The position numbers and the translations under genes are program-made. Shown piece by piece: positions 21,558-35,100 of a DNA stretch of 64,000 nt. This stretch comes from Guillardia theta CCMP2712. Taxonomy: Eukaryota; Protista; Cryptophyta. The notes below the pieces were generated by a model. The model did no database searches. It was not told the origin of the DNA and saw only the letters and a list, made by a program, of their open reading frames with translations. The DNA lies in contig NW_005434670.1 of the NCBI RefSeq assembly GCF_000315625.1, forward strand, positions 620,016 through 684,015. The letters run 5' to 3'. How positions within the stretch are numbered: the first letter of the stretch is position 1; each line of letters starts with the position of its first letter.

Positions 21558-23246
21558 ATGCAGCAACTGCTGCGGGGGGTGCTGAAGAGGAAGGAGTTCC
21601 GGCTGCACCAGGTGAGAGCAGGAGGGTTGAGAGATGAGGAGACAAGAGAGGAAGCAGAGCAGAGCAAGGAGCAAGGAGCAGGAGAGCAGGAGAGAGCAGA
21701 GATGGGGGGAGCAGAGATGGGGGGAGTAGAGAGGAGAATAGTGGAATACATGTTGAGTGCAGCTGGGGATTTGGGAGAGGCTGGCAGCAGCAAGACAGTG
21801 AGACGGTGGGAAGGAGCAAGTGATGGCGGAAATATTTTTGTTGTCACTGAACTTAACTCGACCAGCCTTTGAAGTCTCACCCTTCAGCTCCGATGAACGA
21901 CAGGTTTGCGGTCAGCATTAACTTGGGGTCTACTACCCATGAGTGGACCCTGCTGATGAACGCCTTGCGCCCCGAAGTTCCTCCGGACGTCATCTTTCCT
22001 GATGTATGCTTGCAAGATGGAGCGTGGTTGGGGGGAGGAAGGGGGGGGGTTGATGGGACTTCGAGCAGGGATACGAGGACATGATAAATTACGAAGTACT
22101 GGAGGGGATCAAGAACTGGGACCCGAAGAAATCCAGCTCGCTGGTCGACCTCCTGGTAGAAGTGCGAGAGATACTGCGTCAGAGTGAATTTCAGCGGTCG
22201 TTTGAGTTCTCAGAGGACAAGGTAAGCCAACGGTGTCGCGATGAGCCGTCTCGATGTGAAAGGGTCCTGGCAGGTGAGGTTTGAGCTGGAGAGCGTCAAA
22301 GCGCTCTCACCGGAGTCAGAGATCCGAATCTTGAACGACGACCTTAGAACGATTGAGTGGTTCATACTTGTGCTGCCTGTTGCTCTAATACGGTATTGAG
22401 GCAGCTCGCAGTTTCATACCCATCTTTTCAGGGCCCCAGCCGCACAAGCTGAAGGCAGCAGAGGATTTCAGTGACAGCAAAGGGGAAGTGGCATGCAGGC
22501 TCTGCCTCATCCTAGATCAGGAGCTTGCCAACGTCTCGACACGTCTTGACTACCCTTCCACGGTTGCCTTGAGCTGTTTCAGAGCAAAAACAGTGACGCC
22601 ATCGACAGACGAAAGAAGAGCTCCATGCTTTCTGCCCAGCATGGGAGCCTGGAAAGACGCACGCGTTTGACTTCGTGCCTCTAGTTCAGGGGCTTGTTCA
22701 GCGGAAGTTGTTGATACAGCGAGCTCGCGCAATCTTGCTTGTTCAGCTCTGTGAAAAGTTGAATCCACTGTCTGTGGACTCCGCTTACCACGAAAAAGCA
22801 AGCTTCTTGTGCCAGATAGACAATAACTTCGATGTACCACTGTCTTCTGCACTTGATCTCATTCTTTGACTCGTCGGAACGCAGGCTATTGCCCATCTGA
22901 CCCTGTCAAACAATTTTCCAGACGAACCGCCGACCATCATAATGCAAAGTGTAAGCGATGCTCCATCTTTTGCATACTTTCAAGTGACAGTCAACCTGAC
23001 AGGTCGTGCAACTCATTGATCGCAGACCTATCATAGATGTAGTCATAGAATATCAGTGGGATCCCTTGTGGAGTATTCCGGTCATGGTGAATCATCTCAT
23101 CAAAGTTATTCGAACAGAAGTGAGTGCTGGCTTAGTTTTTGACAAAGCAATCAGTAACTTCATGACTGCAGTTGTTAGAATTCAAGAATAAGGTGTTGCA
23201 GCAGGCGCAAAATGCTTATGTTCCTGTTGGGACGGCAGAAAGCTGA
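21558..23246 (+). CDS. BABAM2: BRE/BRCC45 (BABAM2)-like protein, BRCA1-A/BRISC subunit; start uncertain
   Basis: NDRFAVSINLGSTTHEWTLLMNALRPEVPPDVIFPD...IKNWDPKKSSSLVDLLVEV...VRFELES resembles BRE (DRFKLHIP..WDIIFNA..PELPPDFIF..SWNP). C-terminal YQWDPLWSIPVM; spliced stop at 23246. Confidence 0.75.
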
Positions 23247-23553
23247 TTTTCGACAGATCATTCATTTCGAATGTAATTGGGCAAAAGAACGGAAATCTAC
23301 AACATGAAGGGGAATGAGTGATATGCAAGTGAGTTTGCAGTTCCCCTTCCGGCTGACCGATAAGACACTCACGGTGGTTGCTGTGTATGAGACCAAGCAG
23401 AAAGATAAACCCTCGTTCTCTGTGGAAAGCATCAAACTTCTCAATAGGCATTCATAATCTTGGTCACAGTGTCACAGTTGTCTTCGAGATTTCATTTAGA
23501 AACAAGATATCATGTCTTGCAGTGGTTCTGCACTTAATGTTCATAACTGTTCT

Positions 23554-25224
23554 TTAAATAAAGTTGGGATTCGCATATGGTTTCACTCCTCTCCTCTTGA
23601 GTTGTAGGACCCTTTGTGCACCAAGGTTAGCGTCCTGCGGGCTTGAAGCTGCGTAGCTGTCAAGATGGTTCCTGTCGTCTATTAGCTGGGGAGGGCCAGC
23701 ATCGTTCTCATCCATCCATACCCCAGCATCCCCGCCATTCCCCTGAGCAATGGTTGGGTATCTTGGGTCGATCCGAAGATCGTCGTGTTTGTCGATCACT
23801 CGCTGGTAATCATATCCTGGCCCAGTGTAGTAGTAGGCATCCGCAGAACGACCACCGGGAGCATGCTCTGCCATGTACAACCTTGCATCAGGCATCTCCT
23901 CACAGCCCATGATGTCGACCCCGTCCTTGGTAGGGCCTGTCTCCACGATGCCCTTTGGCCAGCAGCTGCACCAATGCTTCACGTAGTTGGATGCGCCGCC
24001 CGGCTTCTTCTCGTAGTAGAACTTCTTGGCCCTCGGATCCCACACTGGATGCTTCCGTGGCCCACAGATGTTTCGCCATCCCCCGTCGCGGCTCCAGAAC
24101 TCCAGATTCTCATTCTGGACATCAAACTCAGGCACGATGTCCCGTCCTATCGGGTCCATGCCCCAGCTCGGCAGGCCCTGTGGAGCACGATCAACAACAG
24201 TAGCTGGAGTCGCTTTATCTGGAGTTGAGGTGAGGTGAGAGACTAAAGCATGCTTCTCCTGGGTTCCCTGTCCGAAGTATTCTGCAAGAACCTGAGCATT
24301 TACCAGGCTATGCTCCCAAAGATTCTCCTGGGCAGATTTCCAATCCCAGCCAATGAAGACTATATGCCCGCACTCGCACGGAGTACCGTACTCCCTCTGC
24401 GCAGCACTGCAGTCAACAGCCGACAAGGAAAGTCGAGAGCCATCTTGAGAATATGGATTTGGAATCTGACAGTACTTAAGAAGGAAGAGCGGCGACACCG
24501 TGGGCACCCTTGGGAAGTTGTTGTAGACAACGGCAGTTGCAGCTGGGAGAGTTGAGGTATCAACTCCAACCATGCCCGGTGTCTGTTTCAGCTTGGCAGG
24601 CATGGCTTCATCAATGGCTTCAAAGTATGCCGATGGTGTGGATGGATCTCCTGCAACGGTGTAAGACTCCCTTTTGCTGAAGTCACTCTGGATTGGATTG
24701 GATTCAATTTGGTACCCAAAATACTGATTCAAAAACTGTATCGTCCTCGAAGAGGCACCGTTGAACACCAAAGTGTTGCCCTTGCCAACAAAATCTCTCA
24801 GTTTCTGGGAATCCATTCCATTCGTACTCAGCGTAGTGGGCAGCACATCCTCTGCGTCCGGGGGGAAGTAAAGCGTTTTGCAGCAATGCGAGGACATGTA
24901 ATCGAACGCCTGACTGGAGAACAGAGCCATGTAATCATTCTCCAACGTTGTCAATGATGGTTGCAATGAGGTCCTCAGGGACGTTCCGACCTGTTCAATC
25001 GATCTCCTGCTCGCGTATGCCTCCGCATGCTCAATGACTTGGTCTAGTTCCTTCTCATTCCTCACCGGAACGCCAACGACATCCTTGCTAGACATGCTGT
25101 CTAGCACAGACTTGCTGCTAGATGTGCGGAGGCGCTGAACTGTGTGGGAGGACAGGAGCAAGAGGGCCGCCATCGAGCCGCATGCCGCCCACAGCACAAA
25201 ACCACCCTGCCGTCTCCTGCCCAT
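23554..25224 (-). CDS. Intronless hypothetical signal-anchored protein (~556 aa)
   Basis: Long ORF from MGRRRQGGFVLWAACGSMAALLLLSS; Cys pairs; no recognised domain. Confidence 0.75.
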   Translation of the reverse strand: MGRRRQGGFVLWAACGSMAALLLLSSHTVQRLRTSSSKSVLDSMSSKDVVGVPVRNEKELDQVIEHAEAYASRRSIEQVGTSLRTSLQPSLTTLENDYMALFSSQAFDYMSSHCCKTLYFPPDAEDVLPTTLSTNGMDSQKLRDFVGKGNTLVFNGASSRTIQFLNQYFGYQIESNPIQSDFSKRESYTVAGDPSTPSAYFEAIDEAMPAKLKQTPGMVGVDTSTLPAATAVVYNNFPRVPTVSPLFLLKYCQIPNPYSQDGSRLSLSAVDCSAAQREYGTPCECGHIVFIGWDWKSAQENLWEHSLVNAQVLAEYFGQGTQEKHALVSHLTSTPDKATPATVVDRAPQGLPSWGMDPIGRDIVPEFDVQNENLEFWSRDGGWRNICGPRKHPVWDPRAKKFYYEKKPGGASNYVKHWCSCWPKGIVETGPTKDGVDIMGCEEMPDARLYMAEHAPGGRSADAYYYTGPGYDYQRVIDKHDDLRIDPRYPTIAQGNGGDAGVWMDENDAGPPQLIDDRNHLDSYAASSPQDANLGAQRVLQLKRRGVKPYANPNFI

Positions 25225-26406
25225 GTTCGCCAGTGCCGGCTCTTCACTCTGTTCGTAACGAAAAGTAACGGCATCTGCAGATACCGTTACATAAACCCCC
25301 ATCTGTAACGGTTTTGTACCCCTCCTCGTCCCGCCCCTCCCAGGCCCCTCCTACCCCCTGAACTCCTAATCCCTACCCCTACTGCCAACCCCCTAGTCGC
25401 AAAGCGTGCAGCCATTAGTAGGATGGTTTGCTCTCAGGGTATTCATTGGTCATCCGTTGAATTTTGTGTAGTCTTTGTTGGGCTAATTATGAAAATTTGA
25501 GATCAATTTTCCAAATACATTATTATTTTCATGCCAAATACTCAATTCATTCAAAACAATATACTCCGCGCGCCGCGGCGGAGCTAGTGAAAAGGTAGGG
25601 GTAGGTGCAGTTTTGATCAGGGGTGAATTTGAACTAGGGGTTGTTGAGACACCACATGATACAATCTATGCATTTATATCCTAGTCTATCACTTATGAAA
25701 TATCATCACTTATGAGGTATGAGAAGACTACTGAAGAAAATGAATTGATCCGTGGTGGGTACTTTAGCAGAGGTTGAAAGGGGGTGGGGTTATCACGCGA
25801 ATTAGCGGCGCCTTTGGTGAGGAGCATGCAGGGATCAGACGGAGAGGAGAGGGTCACATCCTCCTCCTCCTCCCCCTCCACCTCTTTGTCTTCCAACTCT
25901 CTTCCTCATGTTACTTAGTTAGAGAAGAATCCTAGAAGATTTCAGCAATCCTGGAGGGCGTTCCCCCTTGACATGCCACAGACTCGGGGCAAATGCTCGT
26001 TTTGTGTGGGATGTGCTAGGTGTGCTTGTGTTTTTTCGATTCCTGGATTCGCTTTGTGCGCTTGAGTTGTTACTTGTTCTAGATAGAATAGTACTACTCG
26101 TCTCTCGGAAAGCTCTATTCAAGAGGAACTTTTGTAATGTTTTGTTCAGCATCGGCTTAATGCTGCTTGCTTTCCGATGTCCTAGACATGTCTGTTTCGG
26201 ATGATGATTCGATGCTACCATTGGCTTATTCGTGTGATAAAAGCTGCCGTTTTGTTTTGATCTTGCTTGATAACTTTGGGTTGGAGAGGTTGTGCATGAA
26301 AGAAGGATCGAAATATTTTTGTTTCTGACGTCACTATTTCCTTAGGATCCGGGGAACGCTCGCGAGCTTGAGGCCAGTGGCATTGTGATTGACTTGCTGC
26401 ACCACA

Positions 26407-29400
26407 ATGGCCGAAGAGCATGCGCGATGGAAGCAGTATGAATACTCCGCGAACTCGAATTTGGTGTTGACCGCAGAGCGTCGTTCTCGTGATCATGAAC
26501 CCTCGGGTGAAGCTGAATCTCTTGCGAACCGCAAGCTCCATCGCATGGGCGATCGAGTCCATCGTTCAAAGCCACAGGCACTGGTTGAGAAGCGGGACAA
26601 AATTGAGAAAAAACGCAAGGAACGCTCCGAGAAGGACTTGGCTCGCAAGAAAGCCAAAGCAGGAGGCACAGTGCTTGCAGCAGTTTCTGAGCCAGGCTCG
26701 TACAGGCCGAAAACGGAAACTACTCGTCTTGCATACGAGCAAATGCTTCACTTCCTTTCTAGCTTCCTTGGAGAACAACCAGCTGACATTCTTCGAGGTG
26801 CAGCTGATGAGGTTCTTGCTGTTTTGAAGGACGACAGTTTGCAGGGTCCAAACAAGAAGAAGGCCTGTGAATCACTGTTGAACTCCATGACGGATGAACG
26901 TTTCTCTGAATTATTCCAGATTGGAAGCAGAATTACTGATTTCTACCTGGATGACGAAGGTGCTGCTGGTGAAGCTATGGATGAGAACCTTGGTGTTTCC
27001 GTCGTTTTCGATGAGGATGAGGAGGAGGAAGACGATGATGTCGATGAGCTTCGTGATGAAGATGATGATGAGGATGATGGCATCGGAGACGAAGAGATAA
27101 AGAAGACTGTCATTGGGCTTCGTGATGACGACGATGACATGCCAGAGGAGAATCAGAAAGATGATTATATCGACCCACTTTCTCTTGACGCTTATTGGCT
27201 GCAAAGGCAAATGAAAGAGAAATGCGGTATTGATGACGATAACGATGCAGTTAAAATGGCAAAGGAAGTACTCAGTATCATGCAGGAGGCTGATGAGAGA
27301 GAGATCGAGAATCGTTTGGTGATTTTGTTGGATTATGACAAATTCGATTTCATCAAGATGCTTTTGGCCAATCGACACACCGTTGTTTTTTGCACACTTC
27401 TGGGTCAAGCTCAGGACGAGGCTGAAAAGGAGGCCATAAGAGAGAAGATGCAAGCATCGGCTGAGGGCAAGGCACTGCTGCATGCATTGAATTTTGCGCA
27501 CAAGACAGAGGGAGAGAGAAAGCGAGAGATGGAGATGAGGCTCCGTAAGGAGATTCGTGGACTCCGTGAACGTGAAGCAGACCAAAATGGCGAAATGGTA
27601 ACCGAGAGAATCATGTCTGAGGGCGACAGCATGTTGCAGAGTCGCAATATCCTGGATCTTGAGTCTCTTGCGTTTACCCAGGGTGGTCACCTCATGGCGA
27701 ACAAGAGATGTGAACTTCCTCCTGGCTCGCAGAGAATTTCTCACAAGGGATATGAAGAAGTACTTGTTCCTGCTGTGAGAAACATGGATGAAGATGCTGT
27801 GCTCAAGAAAATTGCTGAATTGCCTGCTTGGGCACAACCTGCTTTTGCAGGAGTTGATTCTCTCAACAGGATCCAATCCAAAGTCTGCGAAACTGCTTTA
27901 TATTCGCCTGAGAATATGTTGGTTTGTGCTCCGACTGGTGCAGGAAAGACGAATGTTGCCCTTTTAACTATGCTGCATGAGATTGGTTTGCATCTGAACA
28001 CAGATGGCACCTTTAAATTGGATGAATTCAAGATTGTGTATCTTGCTCCAATGAAGGCCTTGGTTGCAGAAATCGTACTGAATTTCCAAAATCGTTTGGA
28101 GGCATTTGGTATTAAGGTCAAGGAATTCACTGGTGATGTTCATTTGAATAAGCAGCAACTTGCAGAGGCGAATATCATTGTCATGACACCAGAAAAGTTC
28201 GATGTGATCACCCGAAAGGGAGATGCTAGGCCGTTCACTCGTTTGGTGCGATTGATTGTTATCGATGAAATTCATCTCCTCCATGACAGTCGTGGTCCTG
28301 TGATTGAAACACTTGTTACTAGAACTATTCGACAGATCGAGGCCACACAGGAACTTGTTCGTATCGTTGGCCTTTCTGCAACTTTGCCGAATTACCACGA
28401 TGTTGCTGCTATGCTTCGTGTAAACACTGAAAAAGGCCTCTTCTATTTTGATAACAGTTTCCGTCCTGTTCCGTTGGAGCAAATGTACATCGGAATTACT
28501 GAGAAGAAAGCTTTGAAACGATTCCAGCTCATGAATGAAATTACGTACGAGAAAGTTGTGGAACAGGCTGGCAAGAATCAAGTTCTCGTCTTTGTTCATT
28601 CGCGCAAAGAAACAGCCAAGACTGCACGAGCCATTCGAAGCATGGCGGAGGAGAACGATACTTTGGGTAGGTTCATGGTAGAGGACAGTGCTTCTCAAGA
28701 AATTTGCAGAGAAATGGCAGAAACTGCCAAGAGCGCTGATCTTAAGGAGTTGCTACCCTTTGGATTCGGAATTCATCATGCGGGTCTTGCTCGCTCAGAC
28801 CGTGAGCTTGTGGAAAGTCTATTCGCGGATGGTCATCTGCAAATTTTGGTATCCACCGCTACGCTGGCATGGGGTGTCAATTTACCTGCGCACACTGTGA
28901 TCATCAAAGGAACTCAAATTTACAACCCAGAAGCAGGCAGATGGGTTGAGTTGAGTGCTCTCGATGTAATGCAGATGATGGGTCGTGCAGGTCGTCCTCA
29001 GTATGATACCAGCGGAACAGGTATCATCATTACGACATACAACGAATTGCAGTACTACCTCTCTCTGCTAAATCAGCAACTTCCGATCGAGAGTCAGATG
29101 ATCACACCGTTGCCAGACATTCTGAATTCAGAGATTGTCCTCGGAAGTATCCAGAATGTTCGTGATGCAGTCAACTGGTTGGGCTACACATATTTGTACA
29201 TTCGTATGCTGAAAAATCCATCGCTGTACGGAATAACGGCAGAGGAGCTGGCTGAAGATCCGATCCTTGAACAGCGGCGAGTTGATCTTATTCATACTGC
29301 TGCTTCAGCTTTGTTCAAGGCCAATCTTATCAAGTATGATCGAAAGTCTGGAAATTTGCAGTGCACCGACCTCGGACGCGTCGCGTCGTATTTTTATGTC

Positions 29401-32400
29401 TCATACAATTCCATTGCGACATTCAACGATCACTTGAAGCCGACTGTTAGTGACATTGAAATCTTGCGAATTTTCTCACTGGCTGGAGAATTCAAGAACA
29501 TGGTTGTCAGAGAAGAAGAGAAAATTGAGTTGCTCAAACTTGCTGATCGCGTGCCTATTCCAATTAAGGAAAGCGTGGAGGAGCCAACAGCAAAAGTGAA
29601 TGTTCTTCTTCAATCTTACATTTCTCAGCTCAAGCTGGATGGATTTGCTCTGCTGGCTGACATGGTGTACATTACGCAAAGTGCAGGTCGATTGTTTAGG
29701 GCACTCTACGAAATTGTGGTTCGACGCGGTTGGGCTTCTCTGGCATTGAAATGTCTGAACCTCTGCAAGATGATTGATCACCGCATGTGGGGCAGTATGA
29801 TCCCGCTTCGTCAGTTCAAAGCCATCCCTGAGGAAGTTCTCAAGAAGCTTGAGAAGAAGGATGTCATTCAATGGGAGAGATTTTTGGACATGTCACCGCA
29901 GGAGATTGGAGAGTTGATTCGATTCCCAAAGATGGGCAAAACAATCCATAAGTTGATCCATCAGTTCCCCAAGCTTGATCTCAGCGCACATGTGCAACCC
30001 ATCACCAGGAATGTAATGAAGGTGGAATTGATTATCACCCCTGACTTTCAGTGGGATGATAAAGTACATGGGTCTGCAGAACTCTTTCATGTCTTCGTTG
30101 AAGATGTTGATCAAGAAACGATCCTGCACACCGAACTGTTCATCTTGAAGGGGCGCTACATCGATGAAGAGCACATCATTTCGCTCACTGTCCCTATGAT
30201 GGAACCAGTTCCACCACAGTACTTTGTTCGTGTTGTTTCAGATCGATGGTTGGCTGCTGAAACAGTGCTTCCAATTTCCTTCAGACATCTGATTTTGCCA
30301 GAGAAATTTCCTCCTCGAACTGAGCTGCTGGATTTGCAGCCCCTGCCAGTAAGCGCCCTTCGCAATCCAGTCTACGAAGCCATATATTCGAAGAAATTCA
30401 AAACCTTCAATGCTATTCAGACTCAAGTGCACAATACTCTCTATAACACAAATGACAACACTCTGATTGCCGCCCCGACTGGAAGTGGAAAAACTATTTG
30501 TGCAGAATTTGCTTTGCTTAGGGCACTTTCGGAGAAGCCTGATGGGAAGATTGTATATGTCGCCCCGTTGGACGCCATTGTCCTTCAACGATACAAGGAG
30601 TGGTCAGAGAAGTTTTCTCATCTTGAAGCTGTAATGGGCATTGGAATGTTGACAGGTGAGTCAACGACCGATCTGAAGGTTTTGGACAAGTGTACCATTG
30701 TGCTCAGTGCTCCTGAACCATGGGATATGCTTTCAAGAAGGTGGAAGCAGAGGAAAAATGTGCAGAATGTATCCCTGTTTATCGTGGATGAAATTCACTT
30801 GATCGGCGGTGACAAAGGACCGGTTTTGGAAGTTATTACTTCAAGAATGAGGTACATTGGTTCACAGACGGAGCAGAAAACTCGTATTGTGGCTCTTTCT
30901 GCATCTGTTGCGAATGCCAAGGATCTTGGAGAGTGGATTGGAGCCTCGTCACACTCGTTGTACAGCTTTCATCCGAATGTCCGTCCGATTCCGCTTGAGA
31001 TTCACATCCAGGGCTTTGATATCCCACATTATGCGTCGCGCATTCTGGCGATGAGCAAGCCGATGTACAACGCCATCTGCTCGCATTCGCCTGGCAAGCC
31101 TGCAATGGTGGTGGTAGCAGACAGGAAGCAGGTAAACCGATGCCCGCAAGATGAAATGGCACTGACTGACTTCTTTGTAGGCTCGGATTACTGCCCTCGA
31201 TATTATTGCGTATGCCGGTGTCGATGAGGATACGCATCGCTTTTTGAATTGTTCTCCGGAGGTCTTGTTTGCATTTGCGGATGTGTCTGTTCTGAGTTTA
31301 TAACGACAGGATTTGGAACCATTCCTCTCGAAAGTGAAAGATAAAACTCTCAAGGAGACTCTGCCGTACGGGTAAGCGGTTCTCGTGAAGAAGGGTGTCT
31401 CGACTGTGACTTTGTTCTCAGGGTTGGGTTGATCCATGATGGTCTGAGCGATGCGGACTTGGGGCTCGTAGAGACTCTGATTTCGTCCGGAGCGTTGCTG
31501 GTCGTAGTGGTTGCACGAGAAAAGTGCTGGGGCCTTGCAATCAATGTGCATCTTGTGGTTATCATGGGCACTGAAAGCTTTGATGGAAGGGAACATCGAT
31601 ACTTGAATTACCCGATCACCGATGTTCTTCAAATCATGGGCTGTGCTGGTCGTCATGGGCAAGATCCAGTTGGCAAAGCTGTCATTCTATGCCATACCCC
31701 AAAGAAGGAATATTACAAGAAGTTCCTTTATGAACCGGTTCCTGTCGAAAGTCACCTTGATCACTTCCTTCATGACCACATCAGCGCCGAGGTGGTGACG
31801 AAGGTATGCACTCCTTGCCGTTAACGACATGTTGCCTGACTGGTTTCGCAGGTTATCGAGAACAAGCAAGAAGCGGTCGATTACTTGACATGGACATTTT
31901 ACTATCGACGGCTTACTCTCAATCCAAACTACTATAACATGACTGGAACGACGCATCGCCATATCTCAGATCATTTGTCCGAGCTTGTTGAGAACATTAT
32001 CACGGATTTGGAGCAGAGCAAGTGCTTGACGGTGGAAGATGATGGAAACGATGTTTCGTCCTTGAACCTTGGAATGATCGCTGCGTACTACTACATCCGC
32101 TATACAACCATTGAGCTTTTCAATTCGTCGCTCAATGAAAAAACGAAAATCAAGGGAATTCTGGAGATCTTGACAGCGGCTTCCGAGTTTGACAACTTGC
32201 CGATACGTCATGGAGAAGAAAGGGCCCTGAAGCAACTGGCAGCTCATGTTCCCCTGAGTGTCGAGAAGATGAAGTTCACGGATCCGCACACGAAGGCATT
32301 CCTGCTGCTCCAGGCCCATCTCTCCCGTATGCCACTGGCTGGCGATCTTGCTATGGATCAGAAGCAAGTTCTCAGGGACGTGCTCAGACTTGTGCAGGCC

Positions 32401-33036
32401 ATGGTGGACGTGATGAGCTCGAGTGGTTGGTTGAAGCCCGCCCTTGCCGCCATGGAGGTGTCGCAGATGGTCGTGCAGGCACTGTGGGACTCATCCTCAA
32501 ATCTCATGCAGCTTCCGAACTTCACGAACGATCTTGCCAAAAAGTGCACGGATGCTGGAATTGAGAATGTCTTCGATCTCATGGATATGGAGGACGACGA
32601 TCGTATCAAACTGCTTGAGATGCCTCAGAGCAAGTTGGGTCAGATTGCCGCTGTTTGCAACCGCTTCCCCAACATCAACCTAGAATACGAAGTCGTCGAT
32701 GCTGACAGCATCAGCGCGGGTGAACAGGTTGTGGTCACGATTCGCCTGGAGAGGGATCAAGATTCCGAGGTCGGCAAGGTTCATGCGCCTTACTATCCCA
32801 AGGAGAAAGACGAAGCTTGGTGGGTCCTCGTTGGCGACCCTTCTGCAAGCTTCTTGCATGCCATCAAGCGCATCCCTCCGTTCCAGCGCAAGGCAAATGT
32901 GAAGCTCGACTTCACGGCCCCCGAGACTCCAGGGACAAGCAAGCTGACTCTCTTCCTCATGTGCGACGCATGGTCAGGATGCGATCAGGAGTACGAGTTC
33001 GATATGGACGTGAAAGAGGCCATGGAGGAAGACTGA
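26407..33036 (+). CDS. BRR2: U5 snRNP 200 kDa RNA helicase Brr2 (SNRNP200)
   Basis: [21 protein letters not shown]; two Ski2-like cassettes ([12 protein letters not shown] and [12 protein letters not shown]) with Sec63 domains. Introns at 31132-31180, 31262-31309, 31372-31421 and 31804-31851. Ends ...[18 protein letters not shown]. Confidence 0.98.
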
Positions 33037-33528
33037 AGGAGGGAGTTGTCGCCCTGCTAGAAGCAAACTGCTGGCTGATGTCAATAAATTCTTGAAACTT
33101 TTTAGATTGCGAGTCGCTTCCGTTGCGTGAGGACGCTGAAAGGCATTCACAAAGAGGTAGAGGATGCAGTGAAGAGTAGACCGTTCTTCCTCAAGCGTGC
33201 GACAGGCTGGCTTCGCGTTCAGAGTCGCCTTAGGGTCCCTGAGCTTGTTTCGCTTTCATTCTCTAGCTCGCCCAATCGTGCTGTTATGGTGCAGAGAATC
33301 GTCTGCTGACTTCAAGCATCAACAAGAGCCCCTCCCTGTAGCTTTTCTTCCCTTCCGTGATGGAATCAAAGACGCCAAAAGGCGAGAGAACAAGAAATGC
33401 AGGCAGCTGGCTGGCTGGCTGGCTGGCTGGCTGGTACATGAAAAACAATTTATTCCATGTGTGGATGTGTAGAGAAGAAATTGTGGGTTGCGAAGCTAGT
33501 GGAGATGGAAATGAAAGGGGTTTCATTG

Positions 33529-34324
33529 TTATTCAGCCATCTCAAATATGTTACAAGGCCACATCAAGGCATGCCTGCATGCCACGAAAGTTTCACTGCT
33601 TTCGGGATTTTTTCTTGCCTCCCTTGTCTTTCTCTGTCGCGCCCCCATGCCTCTTGCTGCCGCTCTGCTGAACCTCCGGAGCCAACTTGCTCTGGATCAA
33701 GCTCTGATCGGCCTCACTCAGTTCTCCCCATCCGCTGACGTCCTCGAGACGAAACTCCTGATCTGCTTCTGTTGACTGTCAGAAGCCATGCAAGACGACA
33801 ATTGCGGACAGTACCTAGGATTTCAGGGAGAAACTTCGCAGCGCCATCAATGCAAGCGTATCCGTACGATTCCATGCCATTGCGATAGCCCAGTCTCAGC
33901 TGCCCTTTGATGAAATCAGACTTGGTGACTTTGCACTTGCCTCTTCCACTCTGCTCAATTTTGTCAGACCCTCCCGCGACTGTCAGATGGTCTCGTACCT
34001 TGTTGTAGTCGAAGAGAGTGTTCTTGAGGAAGCACGACGGGTGAAGCCATGACACCACGAAGCGACCTCCTCGGAACGTGTCGACCCCAACGCGCTTGTC
34101 CCCTGTCGGGATTTTTTCCTGGCACGCAGGGCATTTCGCTCTGAGATTGAGCAGACAGCCCTCAGCATTGAGCCTACATTTGAGGTTGGAAGGATAGGAA
34201 CTCACCTTCCACTCTTGGCGTCTTCTAGAAACACTCCTTTAAACAAGCTATCCTCCTCCAGCTCCTGTCTTGCTCCCTTCTTTTCCTCCTGCTCTTTCTC
34301 TGCTTCTGTTCGCAACACCGGCAT
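33529..34324 (-). CDS. Small PARP-type zinc-finger protein (one intact and one degenerate finger); 3' end approximate
   Basis: Spliced LEDAKSGRAKCPACQEKIPTGDKRVG...WLHPSCF; second unit KSGRGKCKVTKSDFIKGQLRLG...DVSGWGELSEADQSLI. Confidence 0.75.
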
Positions 34325-35100
34325 TCCCTTATATCCCCGACGGTGTAGATGAGGCGGGCCGCTTGGGGCCGGGGCCAGGCCCGCCGGGGTCACCGGGTGA
34401 TGGAGCGTATGCCAGCCGTGCCAGTCAGATAGCGCCGAGTTAACAAAAACTCTCCTGTAAACCAAGACGACTTACGTGTTTCAAGGCGGCATGTAGCGTG
34501 TGGGACAAAGAGGGGGCTTTCCTAGCCGTCTTGTTAAGGTCCTCTCATGTCTGGATGCTTGGGTTTCACATCATCCTAGCATACAGTCTATCTCTCATGT
34601 GCTCCTCAATTCTGGTTTTGTGTGCATTAAACTCGGTCTTGAGCAAAAACTGTCTTGTTACAACTAAGGTCGATGTGATGTCTGCGTGACTTTGGACTAG
34701 TACAAGTCTAACATACTTGTATTCCGTCACCGGGCCGGGCCGGGGTCTCGGTGCTGCATATTCATGGGCCAGTCGGGCCGGCACTTACCCCGGCGGCACG
34801 ACTCCGGGGCGCGGCTGCCACGGTGTCACGGTCACGAATCATCTGATGATCGCGTCAAGGCGCATCTGGCGTCACGCTTGGGGATAGCAGCAACACCAAA
34901 CAAATTCCGACGGTTGTGTTGATTCCATCCCGTGTTTGAAGTCAGGCTGGATGACAAACAGTACCTGTACGGGACCGGAGGCTTGAAACGGCAAAGCAAT
35001 GGCATACTGATTTACTATTCACAGTGACTGGCAAACATCCTGAGGTTTGACCGTCACGTAAATTATTTCTACTTAGCCCTCGTTCAGGAAACAATGATGT

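Noticed and set aside
26911-28698. Long antisense ORFs within BRR2 (also within the formin, GH5 and WD40 genes)
   Set aside because: Shadow ORFs produced by sense-strand codon usage.
34696-34722. Hairpin TACAAGT/ACTTGTA next to CTAG as a Helitron end or terminator
   Set aside because: AT-rich 7-bp stem with no spacer before CTAG; compatible with chance.
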